From assembly GCF_964355755.1 (NCBI RefSeq), contig NC_092672.1, forward strand, positions 31,626,437 through 31,690,436: a stretch of 64,000 bases of DNA. Reading direction: 5' to 3'. Shown piece after piece: positions 24,925 through 36,870 of this stretch; within the stretch, counting starts at the first letter, position 1; each line of letters opens with the position of its first letter. This stretch comes from Antedon mediterranea (Eukaryota; Animalia; Echinodermata). The notes below the pieces were generated by a model. That model did not search any database. It was not told the origin of the DNA and saw only the letters and a list, made by a program, of their open reading frames with translations. The position numbers and the translations under genes are program-made.

Positions 24925-25852
24925 TATAGACTGAACTCAATATCCCCAGACTCCAAATGCACTTGAAACATTTCAAACTGTTTTTTAGCTTCAAAACTCC
25001 CACCTTTCTTTAATTTTCTTCCTTTAAATCTCCGATATGCTTCATAATTTTACTCTTACTATTATTACGCAATAAAAAGGCGTAAGCGCAACGCAAATAA
25101 CTTGACCAATCACAAGCGGTGGATTATAAAAACTTTCGCTTGTCATTGGTCAATTGCGTCATCTGTGTCCTAGTGGGAACTAAGCTTAAATGAATGATGA
25201 TTCTATTATTCATTCTGACTAAATTTAACGCTTGTATCAAATAGTGCAATATAAAAATGAAAAAATAAAATATTGTCAATGTTGAAGTTCGTTGACTTGC
25301 GGCGTATTTAAATTGTGTTATTTATTGGATGGTTGTTAGGTAAGGCACCAAGCCTATAAAATAATATTATGATCAACTATATATATTTAAAAAAATTAAA
25401 ATGCGTTTATGTCTGTACGTTAATCTATTTTACATGTACGTAAACAATAAAGATGATATAATGAAGCAGCCATATATTCCAATATCCTTGTCAACCTAAC
25501 AAGTTACAACTATGTACACGGATCTATTCGATCGATTGTTTCCAACATTAAAATAACCAAACCTAAATATAGAATATATTCATACATCAACAGGCACCGA
25601 ATAAATTCTAAACTTAGATATTATTATAATTATATATATAATACATTAAATCAATTATTTAAATGTTATTGCGCTGTTTGTAAAAATAAAAGTATTATAA
25701 TAAATGTATAATAATCAATATCATCAATGCAAATGCAATTTAATGCTTATTCTGTTTTCAATCATATAGCCATTACAAATGTAAAAAATAAATAAAAATT
25801 GTCTCATTACTGATATCGTCCGATCCGTGACGTCACGATGATACACTATTAT

Positions 25853-26003
25853 ACACAGATTCATTTATTGTCCAACATAAATGGAAATTACAGTGCTCAT
25901 AAACTATCTTGGCTTGCCTAAAATAAATATAAGGGGGAAAAAGAACTATCTAAAATTTTTTCTTGTTATAATGCCTTATCCCAGCTGGGTAGAACATGTG
26001 CGT
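25853..26003 (-). mobile_element. Second truncated copy of the LINE 3' end seen at 5110-5326
   Basis: Reverse complement shares gttctacccagctgggataaggcattataacaa..ttttaggcaagccaag..tttatgagcactgtaatttccatt..ggacaataaatgaatctgt. Confidence 0.8.
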
Positions 26004-26228
26004 TAACATATTGTTGATAAGACTTTTGTGCGCGCGAGTCGATTTTCTGTTACCTCGTTTTGGTTGACGATAAGAAATGCTTTCTCGGTCGGTCTTAGTA
26101 ACAATACAGTTATTGAAAATGTGATCACTGGGTTTGGCGATTCTTGGAAGTCATCAACAAAAACAAAACCGGTTGTCAACGAGCCGGAGGGGTGCTTCTC
26201 GTATCAGTACAAATTAAATTGTCATAAG

Positions 26229-26677
26229 TTACCTTCGTGTGCTTTTTCTAAAATAGTTAACACCCAACAATTTATAAAAACATTCTCTGATTTTAAGATT
26301 TGTGAGGGCGTAAAGGAACGGATTGACGGCAGAGTTGCTCCACAAGAGGTAGTTGACGAAGTCCCAGACAGTGTCACCTAAACAGTCATCACAGACGATA
26401 CTCCAAATTAAAACAATGTAGTAAGGAGTCAAGCAGATTACAAACGCAATCACCAGAGCACCGAGAGTTACTGCCGCTTTTCGATGCCTTTTAAACATAG
26501 CTCGGGCATTTTCAGAAGTAGCAGAGAAGGCTACACTAGTGACTCCGTGTGTTACAGATTGGCTGCAATAGTTTATATGTGAACGCGTGCGTATTTCACG
26601 GTAAACAATGATATTCAAATATACAATGATAGGAAGAGGTATTACATATTCGACGAATACCATGACTAAGTTGTATA
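26229..26677 (-). pseudogene. Partial GPCR duplicate encoding only TM5-TM7 and helix 8
   Basis: Closely similar to the C-terminal half of paralog 4; homology begins abruptly at YNLV, ~85 bp past the paralog 4 stop; frame is open; CWTP is changed to CLTP. Confidence 0.75.
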
Positions 26678-26761
26678 ATAAAACAAAAAACACAAAATGG
26701 TTCGGATGGTTGAATACCCGCCCCACACAAACTCCAATCACTATCTTTTAAAATTACTTTA

Positions 26762-27787
26762 TCAATGTACTTGTATTATACGTGTGCTCTTCCTAAAATA
26801 GTTCACGCCCAACAATTTATAATAACATTCTCTGATTTTAAGATTTGTGAGGGCGTAAAGGAACGGATTGATGGCAGAGTTGGTCCACAAAAGGTAGTTG
26901 ACGACCTCCCAGAGAGTGTCACTTAAACAGTCATCACAGACGATACTCCAAATTAAAACAATGTTGTAAGGAGTCCAGCAGATTGCAAACGCAATCACCA
27001 GTGCGCCGAGTGTTACTGCCGCTTTTCGATGCTTTTTAAGCATATTTCGCGGATTTTCAGAGGTAACAGAGAAGGCAACAGCAGTAGAGATGGTAGAATC
27101 ACAGCCGTGTGTTACAGATTGGCTGATATTATGGCTAGGGCGTGTACGTGAACGCGACCGTATTTCACGGTAAACAATGATATTGAAATATACAATGATA
27201 GGAAGAGGTATCAAAAATTCGACGAATACGATGACTAAATTGTACGCCAAACTTTGTTCTGATTCCATTTCACAATCTTCTGAATAATCAATTATTTGTT
27301 CTCCCTTGAATTTCTCCCAGAATAAAGTTGGAATTGCGTAAAATGGTATGAGAACAGCCCAAGATACAAGAATCATAACGGTAACGCGTTTTGTAGTCTG
27401 AAATTGACGATATTTCAACTTCAATTTTAACATCCAGTACCGATCCAAACTGATTAAGATAATACCACAAACAGAAACAGCACATGCCGTGTAGTCAATG
27501 ATCAACCACATCTTACAGACCCCTTCACCAAATGGCCAATAATCAAACATAAGCCAAAGAGTGTTAAGCGGGAACGAGAAAGCACCGGTTAAAAAGTCAG
27601 CAATAGATAAATTCAAAATAAACAAATAAGCCGGATTTGAACGAAGAGATTTTTCGGTGATGAAAGCAAGAATGACGAGACTGTTCCCGAACACGGTCAC
27701 TACGGACAGAATCCAAGTTATTACGATTCCGCAGGATACAATAATCAAAGTATCGTCAGTTTGATTTCCTTCAGAGACCGATTCCAT
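26762..27787 (-). CDS. Histamine H3/H4-like aminergic class A GPCR (paralog 4), 341 aa
   Basis: Intact 7TM ORF with D3.32, E5.46 (FVEFLIP), Y6.51 and W7.43, the H3/H4-type pocket signature. Confidence 0.9.
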   Translation of the reverse strand: MESVSEGNQTDDTLIIVSCGIVITWILSVVTVFGNSLVILAFITEKSLRSNPAYLFILNLSIADFLTGAFSFPLNTLWLMFDYWPFGEGVCKMWLIIDYTACAVSVCGIILISLDRYWMLKLKLKYRQFQTTKRVTVMILVSWAVLIPFYAIPTLFWEKFKGEQIIDYSEDCEMESEQSLAYNLVIVFVEFLIPLPIIVYFNIIVYREIRSRSRTRPSHNISQSVTHGCDSTISTAVAFSVTSENPRNMLKKHRKAAVTLGALVIAFAICWTPYNIVLIWSIVCDDCLSDTLWEVVNYLLWTNSAINPFLYALTNLKIRECYYKLLGVNYFRKSTRIIQVH

Positions 27788-28744
27788 AATGCAATTTCTG
27801 AATAATGAAACAAAAACAGATTTACGTAATTTCGGATAAAAAAATCAACAAAAAGACGTCAACAGTTGACGATAGGCTACTCCAGGTGATGACATGAGTC
27901 CAGTTAATTTTAATGATTAATTTTTATGAAACTCATGTTAACAATCTATGACTTGGTGGTCAACATTTCATTTATTAATAATATACATCTTTAGTCGAGT
28001 CAGTCATATTATATCGAGATAATGATGAGTGATGCAATTACACAGTGCACGCCAATCAATGCGGTGATTCTTTGTGGAAATGATAATCATTATAATAGAA
28101 TTATTACGGTTCGAATCTCAAGATGATTGAACATAATTTGTATCGATAACCACCGGAAATTATAATCAAATTTATGAGTATAAATTGTAATCAAATTTCA
28201 AATACCTTTGATACTGTGCACGTTCTTTATATTCTATGGAAGTTGTCTTCTTGAGGTTTATCTCCGAGATGGTTTCTTCAACCTTGATGATCTACTAACG
28301 ACGACTATACAGTTTTATGGCACTACCAGGGGTAGTAGTAACTAGTACAACTTTCTATGTTCTTGTAAATCTCCTAATCTTATGGAAATGACGTTGACTT
28401 TGAATCCTTTCCTTATATGTGACAGTGCGTATTTTGTTAGGAAATCATTATTGGTAATTCTTTGCTAAATTTCCAAAAACGACCTTGACGAAGCTTTCCC
28501 TTTTATGGCTAATCTATGAAGGAAACAGTATCTAGTTATGTAACAACAGTCGTAAAACTCTGCACTAGATATCAACCAACAGAGATACAATAGTGATTTC
28601 CTGAATTAGCTTTCCTTCTTAAACAATAGGCCTAGACATTACGCAGAGGAGGCCGATATAATGATGGTTTTATCAATTTAATTTCAGCAAGTGGTAATAA
28701 TTGTATTTAACTATACTGTAGAGTAAGATTTATGTGTTTAGTAC

Positions 28745-29910
28745 TTTTTCCAACCAGACATCCAAGTCCGCGGAAAAGTCTTATACAATAAACAATAACA
28801 AGTCAATCTTCCAGCTGAGTGAAATTGTAATATTAAGTTTAGTCAACTAGTGTTCCTTCTCTAAACCAGACATCCAAGTTCGCGGAAAAGTCTTGTACAA
28901 TAAACAATAACAAGTCGATCTTCCAGCTGAGTGAAATTGTAATATTAAGTTTAGTCAACTAGTGTTCCTTCTCTAAACCAGACATCCAAGTCCGCGGAAA
29001 AGTCTTAAAAAATAATGCTTTTAGCAAGTCGATGTTCCAGAAATTGGAATTGTAATATTATGTTTAGTCAACTAGCGTTCCTTCTCCAACAAGACACCCA
29101 AGTCCACGGAGAGTTTTATACAATAATGTTTTTAGCAAGTTGATGTTCAGCAATTGGAATTGTAATATTATGTTTAGTCAACTAGCGTTCCTTCTCCAAC
29201 AAGACACCCAAGTCCACGGAGAGTTTTATACAATTTTTAGCAAGTCGATGTTCCAGTAGTGCAATTGTAATACTTAAATGTTTAGTCAACTAGCGTTCCT
29301 TCTCTAAACCAGACATCCAAGTCCACAGAGAGTTTTATACAATAATGTTTTTAGCAAGTTAATGTTTCAGCTGAGTAAAATTGTAATATTATGTTTAGTC
29401 AACTATCGTTCCTTCTCTAACAAGACATCCAAGTGTTTTATACAATAATGTTTTTAGCAAGTCGATGTTCCAGCAATGTTTTTAATATTATATTATGTTT
29501 AGTCAACTATCGTTCCTTCTGCAACAAGACATCCAAGTCCAAGGAGAGTTTTATACAATAAAAAAAATAACAATTCGATGTTCCAGCAATGTTTGTAATA
29601 TTATATTATGTTTAGTCGACTATCGTTCCTTCTGCAACAAGACATCCAAGTCCACGGAGAGTTTTATACAATAAAAACTAACAATTCCATGTTCCAGCAA
29701 GTGGAATTGTAAAATTCAAACTAGTCAACTATCTTTGCCAAGTCCACGTGAAAGTCTTATACAATATCTTGCAATGGTGTTTTAATAAATAGATATCCCA
29801 GCAAGTGGAATTGTAATATTAAGTTTGGTCAACTACCGGTATTGCTTCCAGCAAGTAGAATTGTAAAATTAGGTTTAGTCAACTATCGCTTCCAAGTCCA
29901 CGTGAAAGTC
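28745..29910. repeat. Diverged ~110-bp tandem satellite, about 10 units
   Basis: Recurring tttagtcaacta..ttccttct..agacatccaagtcc..tatacaata..aagtcgatgttccagc..attgtaatatta. Confidence 0.9.
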
Positions 29911-31444
29911 TTATATCAATAACGTTATCTTGCAATGATGTTTTAACAAATAGATGTTCCAGTACGAATGGAAATACAGCAGTTATGATCAACACACCGA
30001 CCAGTACCGCAACATTCCATCAAACACACTGTCTTTGAATCAATAAGATACTTATACAGTTATATAATTGGTAAACCTGTCTCACATTTTATTACTTCTG
30101 TACCAGCTTAATTTCAAATGCTGGTAGGCCTATCGGCATCAACAATGTTTATTAAATAAATCTTAATTCAAACAAACATGATGAAAGTAGTTGAAAATCG
30201 TGATATTATGGTTATATTATATTTGCTCTCCATACCTAATGGTAATTATTTTAATATATAAAGGAGGTATCCATCATACGCGCGGTCTTCAAATAAATAA
30301 ATCGTGATATCCTATTCCTGCCCTGTAGTCTTTTCTCGAGTACAATGCAAACAATGCATAATAATTCTTCAATATTCAATCGGTTATCAAGTTAACTATT
30401 ACTAGTTTATCTAAAAGAAGTGTAGCAAAGCAGATATTAGTAATTGTTCAAACACTCGGAGATACTAATACTGTTGAGCTTTGCACTCAAGTACATAGTA
30501 CTTCATATTATTTAAGATAAAATCCATAACAATCAATACAACGTATTGGTTCATATATCATGAAATACAGAAGGCCTACCGTATATGCTTGTAAAGCGAC
30601 ACTGGGTAGTGGAGGATTACCGCTAAAGAATCTGTGAGTCAACAAAGAAAAATGACGGGCTTAGGCCTAGCTACAAATTACGAAAGACGATCGACAACGA
30701 ATCTACTAAACATGGTATTTAAAACGGTAAAATCGATGTAATTTTAATTCCGTGCACATCCCAATCAATTACCAATCCTTAATAAAACGAAATGATATGC
30801 TTGCGTTGACACACGTTCTGCAGAATTCAACAACAGACAATTTTACGCATCTGAATACACAGCCGGAGTTTTTAAAGTTAAAGAAATAACTTACTTTTAT
30901 ATGAATGAAGTAATCACATTTATACCGCTTTGGTACTGCTTTGATACTGGTGCCACTCCGTACAGACATCTCAGTTTAAATATGATGATAATGTAGGCCT
31001 ATAGAACATGCGTATCATAACATGCGTATCATAACATGCGTATCATAACATTAAAATTAATTGTACCTTAGCCCTGCCCAAATTTAATTATGGACACAAA
31101 ATATTATTAACGAATACTCTTCGTTGACAAAATACCTATACTGTACTAGTTTTATGGTTTACGGTGATTGGGGGCGCCTTGCTCCAAAGCGAAACTGTAG
31201 AGAAATGGATCTTTGTATTGTGGCATTATTATTTACTTGTTTAAACCTAACTATACTTGTTCACTTGTGAATTTGGGCTCAAGACAAACAACTACCTTGC
31301 TGAAACCAGCATAATGTTTTCAGTTCATCTTGATATTTTAATACCAGTGGAGAATGAAATTATTCAGATGACGTTTTAACATCCCTTACATTGGCGGATC
31401 CCTGCCCCCGGTCCCCCTACAATTTAAGGCATAACTTCGTAAAC

Positions 31445-31592
31445 TCATAACAGTTCTTTGATCTTATGTCTGACTGCGACAAAAACCAATAATAATACTG
31501 TACTATGTACATACTCTCCGCGTCGTGCGGTGTCTGTTAAGGGGCACGAAACTGATCGTGTCGCAGCCATAGATAAACCATTTGATCTTTGG
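31445..31592 (+). repeat. ~145-bp dispersed repeat (second copy at 50325-50466)
   Basis: taacagt.ctttgatct.atgtctg.ctgcga..gcggtgtctgt..tcgcagcca.agataaaccatttgatctt shared by both loci. Confidence 0.75.
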
Positions 31593-34049
31593 AGGTCAGC
31601 ATCCTGTTGGTAGATTGCCTTGATCCACCACTGTATTATCACTGTATACATCTTACATACCATATATATGTATTGAAGTTATTAGAAAGTCTGCATACAG
31701 CAAAAGGTTGATAGATTGGATTTGAGATTCGAACCAAAATGATATGCTGACACATGACCTTTGAACCACTTCATTTCGAGTCCAATTTGAAACAATATTT
31801 TGATAATTATCAAAATAATTCGAAACGCGTCACTTTCGCGTTGGGGAAACGCCATACCTTTCTTTACCCTTTATCACAATATTTTGTTAATAAACAGCAT
31901 TTATCTTATCTACAGTAATTCTCTCCATTATCCAATAATGCACTAATTGAAAATGAAAAGGCGACATTTACCAAATTATTATTCCCGTAGTATAGTCAAT
32001 CCTTTTAATTAATTGGTAATTGTAGATAGCGTATTTGGTAAAATCTCCAAATATTCTATTTAATACAGTAATAATGAACAGCACTCTACTAGAGTTTACT
32101 AGAGTTTATTCGGAACCCCTCTAACAATTACAAAAGTTTATTACGCATAGAGGGCGCACTGACTTTACAGTTTGAAGAAAATTACCGGTAATAGAACATC
32201 TGGAAATTTAAAGTAAAAACATACACATTTGAATACTGTGAACTCATTTAGAGTTTGCTTTAATAACGGGTTACGTAATCTACTGGAATTTAATAGTATA
32301 ATAGCGCAAGCATGATGTTTGTAACGAATAACGTTCCCTCTTTCTATGAATATTGGAGAAACTCTATACATAGTTTTAAGAACAGAGTTCATGACAGTTG
32401 CAATAGTCTGATTCAAAGCATAGTTAACGTACTTCCACAATCCAATCTATATCAACGTTGGTGCAAATTGTTTTTTTTAGGATATTGTAGGTGGTTGGTT
32501 TTGTGGAAGTTGCTTATATTGTTCTGGTGGTACATGTATTTGTTTCTCTTCTTGTCAAATAAAGAAATGAATGAAGGAATATGTAATCATTAATTTAGTG
32601 ACAGAAAGTAAAGAAATATGGTTCATCATTCAAGGAAACAGCTTACAACACAATAAACATATATTTATTTTTGTTTTATTACATTATAGTTTTAATGTAC
32701 ATCGTCAATTAAATTATTCACTTAAAATGAAAGACTTGCCAACATTTATCACTACACATTTAGCAAAATGATCACACTGGACATTTGCAATTGAGGTATT
32801 AGCGTAATAGTTTTAATCGAGTGGCGGCAATTTCAATCGTTATTATTATAAAGATTGAACCAACCAACCAAATCCACCCCCTTGAGTGACCCGGATATTA
32901 ATATTAAAGGGATATTTTGTTTGTGTCTTAAGCCTGTTTTCCGTCACCATATATTTTCGCAAAAATCGAACATCATTCCCGAGTTTTGATCATAGAAAGT
33001 AGATGAAAATATCAATACGCATGTGCAATAGTCAATGTTTTCGATTCGCGCGAATAAATTCGCCTAGTGGAAAACAGGCTCTGTCTACACTATCAAACTT
33101 TATGTGACAAAAAATTGTATGGTGATGATGATGTCATATTATTATCGGTTATGTTTTTGGTTTACCGTATTTATACTGAATAAATAAATTTAAAAAAAAA
33201 TGAAATCAAACCAGATAGTGTAGGAAATCGTCATGGATTATTTTATCGTAAACTATTCAAATACAGTGCTTTTAAACAGATACCTAACAAGGCTGACAAT
33301 GGTGCAATTGGTATACACCACCTAAATATTAACAAAGAACGTTTTGATATTTCTAAGCCTTATTATAAATTATGCACAAACCGTGACAACGGATAAAATG
33401 CATGAATCGTCTATGTGTTTCACATAACAATACCTTAAATCCACAACATAAATACGCTCTTATTTGTTTGTAGATTTCTGTTAGCTCAACAGGACATAAA
33501 TTTAAATGGAATCATGCCATGCATCACTTAGAAATTATATTGGTTAAATTATGCAAAGTCATCGAGTAAATGTTTCACAGTCGATTCTGGTACTGTATCA
33601 TGGCTAGCGATACGGTAATAAACATATTGCAGTATCGTGTCTGCTGGACGGCAACAGGCTCATAGCATCTTACTCCTAAAATTAACTTAACATAACCCTC
33701 TAATTGTCACTATACAGTATACACACATTGACATACATGTTTCTGCCAGAAGACGCGATACTGCAGAATGTTTGTTGTCATTGGACATGATACCGTGCAT
33801 CTGACGTGTACATTCAAATGACAAAACCGTAGCTTGAACCTGAATTCATGTTTTAGATTACTCTCCTTATAATTCTACAGTAACGGTATTTGCAGACGTA
33901 AAGTCTGGTTGGAGTTTTTCTCTCCTCTATATGCCATTTCTAATTTTCTTCTAGGCTGTGAAATGAACATCAACATTTTGGTAGTTTTATCGACTCAACT
34001 ACTTTTTTTTATAAGGTATAGCGTTTTTAATTGTTATGCTCATTTCAAG

Positions 34050-34250
34050 CTTCGGTATTTTCCACTTCTTGTGACGCGGCAGTGACACAACTCTGGTGTT
34101 TTCTACTTCTTGTGACACGGCAATGTCAGAGGCTTCGGTGTTTTTCACTTTTTGTGACGCTGCAGTTTCAGAGACTCCGGTGTTTTCTACTTCTTGTGGC
34201 GCGGCAATGTCAGAGGCTTCGGTGTTTTCCACTTCTTGTGATGCAGCGCC
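34050..34250 (-). repeat. 39-bp tandem repeat with codon periodicity (13-aa units, QEVENTEASDIAA)
   Basis: About 5 units of ggtgttttc.acttcttgtga.gc.gca.tgtcagag.ct.c; possibly part of a decayed coding exon. Confidence 0.8.
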
Positions 34251-35127
34251 GCCGGGACATCACGGTTACCAACATCTTGCTGTAAGCAGCATCTGCGGTA
34301 TCGTTGTTTCCCACTTCTGCTATAGAAAAAGCACCGCTTCCAACTCTAAGCCAGAACTCATCGATTACCTGTATGCCTTCCTTTTAATTGATTTATATTT
34401 TTGTTCCTTAGCTTACATAGCTGCACAATTAAATAACTCGTTCTTTTTATATACAGTACCCTGATACAGTATTCATTACACAGAAACAGCATCCATATTT
34501 TACAACGTAATAAATTATAATCTTACATACTTTTTTACATATTATTTACAATATATTTTCAGGGTTCAATTATTATTATTATTATCATTTATAATAATTC
34601 TATGATTAAAAAAAAAATGCAAATGCAATATTAAAGACGGAATAGTAGGTGTATGATATGCAAATTAATCATTATACGTGTGTACTGATTCGCCCCAACG
34701 CATCTCATTAACACTGGTTCCTATATAGAAGCACCACCGCAAGAAATAATTTGCCGATGGGTCGTGCGAACTGTTCCTTGTGATTGGTCAACTAACGTTC
34801 GTTGCGTCTACGTCATGGCGTAATGTATAACGGTATAAATACGCAGAAACCTGGGAACTCATTGTTCAGTACTGGTACAAGTGGATCAGCGTTTGTCATG
34901 CACTTTGTTACAGGCCACTAGTGTTGTAAATAAAGTATTGACTTTAACTTCTTGTCGTTATGTGGATACACTTAATATTATAGTATGCGCTGTATGGGAC
35001 ATATAATATTCATATACATTCTCTGTATGTTGTATTTCGACGTCTTTTTTGCCGAAACACGATTGTTTGGTCCTCCTTAATACTGATTGGGTTACATCAT
35101 TCTAAATATAAATGTTTCTTTTTTTCA

Positions 35128-36870
35128 TCAATAGTTTCGGCTTGTGCTCAATCGCTGAGAATTACTGTTCCTTACACTCGGAGGCGTTGTTGTAAGATAC
35201 GCCATTGTTATTCCCATTCCCAACTCGCATAGCCTAAAAAAGAAAACACAAATATATATGATTAATCATAAACGAAGATTATTCTTCTGGTAAAGGTGCA
35301 TTTATAAAGCTCAGTGGCGTAACGCAGGGGATTACCGCCACCTAACGCTGGGTAGTTTCATACGCACTGTTTCTTAGGCCCCTTAGCTCTGGCCCTCTGG
35401 GGGCTTAGCCAGTGGGCGCTCGTGCCGTTACGCCACTGCTGAAGCTCATTTTAATGGTCCGAATTTAGGCCCAATTTCTTACCTCATAACCGTTTGGAAC
35501 GAATACCATCCCCATGGCTCTAGTTGTTTGTCTTCTGCCAGAACACTGAAAACTCCAAACATGGCGTACGTGCTAATCAGACAAATTATCGCAGCAAACG
35601 TTGTTGTTGCCATGGTTATACGGATCATTTTTGTAATTAATGATGTTTTCTTGTTTATTATACTCATTCCTTTTATAGACTTTACACCATATTGTTTTTT
35701 CCTTAGAAAACGGTTTCCTTTTATTGAAGTTAAAAATCTCGACGCACGCGTCGTGTAAACACGTCCGTTTGAGGTGCTTAAAGCGTCCGTTGAAACGGCT
35801 AATGAAACGACATCTATCTCCAAATGAGTTGATTGGTTAGAATTTTGTTGCACACGTGTTTCATTATCTGTGATTGACTCGCCATCAAACACGTCATCAA
35901 TATGGGAGTTTTCAGAATCGCTGCGGACGGTATAACGCGTTCCATTCGCGTCAATAATATTGTTCGGTTCTAAGTCCGTTTTTATAAACACTTCAGTATC
36001 AGTAACTGATAGTTTCTGATCGGCTATTGGGCTTTGCTGATCATGTGATATGCTCACTTTTATTGCTTCTTCTGTTAAGTTGTTGTAAGTGTCAGTAATG
36101 TTGCCATTAACAGGTAAACTGAATTTCTTCTGTTCGGTATCAGTTGCGGATACCACAGCAGGCACGGTGCTGTTCTGTTTGTTCTTATTGCTGGCTTGTT
36201 TCGATTTACGGAACTTAAACCGTCCACACACACCGTCATACGAGCTATTAATCTTGTATAACGTCTTTCTGTTTTGCCTTTTGACGTTATAAACTTTCCA
36301 AGCAGAATATGAAAATCCAACGCATAGTACCATTCCCCATATTATAAACGTACCCTGGCATAGCATAACAAGGATCCACGTATTGCCGACAAACGCCACG
36401 AGGAAATCTGCGGTGAGAACAAACGTAAAATGGCCGATAATAATCCCAACAAGAATTCGTGAATTCTGTAATTTCGGTGATAAAAGTTTGAATTTACTAC
36501 TTTCTAAAAATGCCCAGTTCACCAATGAAAACCCAGAAGTCAAACACGGGAACGAAACGTTGAACAGAATCTGTGCCCCGAGCTCGCTAAATATTTCTCT
36601 TGAGCGGTACGGATCGACCATTAAAAATATAGTTCGCATGAGACAGAGTAGGAAAACCAGTACGTTGACGGCTATGAAAAATGATTTCAATTTCCCTTTA
36701 TTGTATTTTATTAATAGATGAGTTGTATATATGCAGTAAATTCCAAGTAAAAAGAAACACGCTCCAATTCCGAAAGTATGAAGTTCCCAAGCCCAGTCCC
36801 ATGTGACTGTTGCCGTTTCCCATTCTGGTACGGGTTCAGCCCGTACGTTTGGTTCGTCAGCGTCTGCCAT
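35128..36870 (-). CDS. PRRT3/PRRT4-like (proline-rich transmembrane protein family) 7TM protein, ~497 aa; exons 36870-35483 and 35233-35128
   Basis: W..AWELH.FG.G..F, R..FL..DPY, FPCLTSGF and PWGWY.FQ..R|LCELGM motifs; acceptor ttacag immediately before the ATG at 36870; AG|GTAAG donor and phase-compatible last exon. Upstream exons may exist. Confidence 0.8.
35312..35438. mobile_element. hAT-like MITE in the intron of the PRRT-like gene
   Basis: TIR CAGTGGCGTAACG..CGTTACGCCACTG; imperfect 8-bp TSD ataaagct/ctgaagct. Confidence 0.65.

Noticed and set aside
26678-26741. N-terminal 21 codons of ORF 26229-26741 as part of a receptor
   Set aside because: GTG start and no similarity to any paralog; it is 3'-flanking sequence of paralog 4.
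8188-27485. Recurrent ~60-66 aa ORFs (8188, 8449, 12413, 17733, 17994, 27288) and ORF 26028-26381
   Set aside because: Alternative-frame or antisense shadows of the GPCR CDSs; they recur only because the genes are paralogous.
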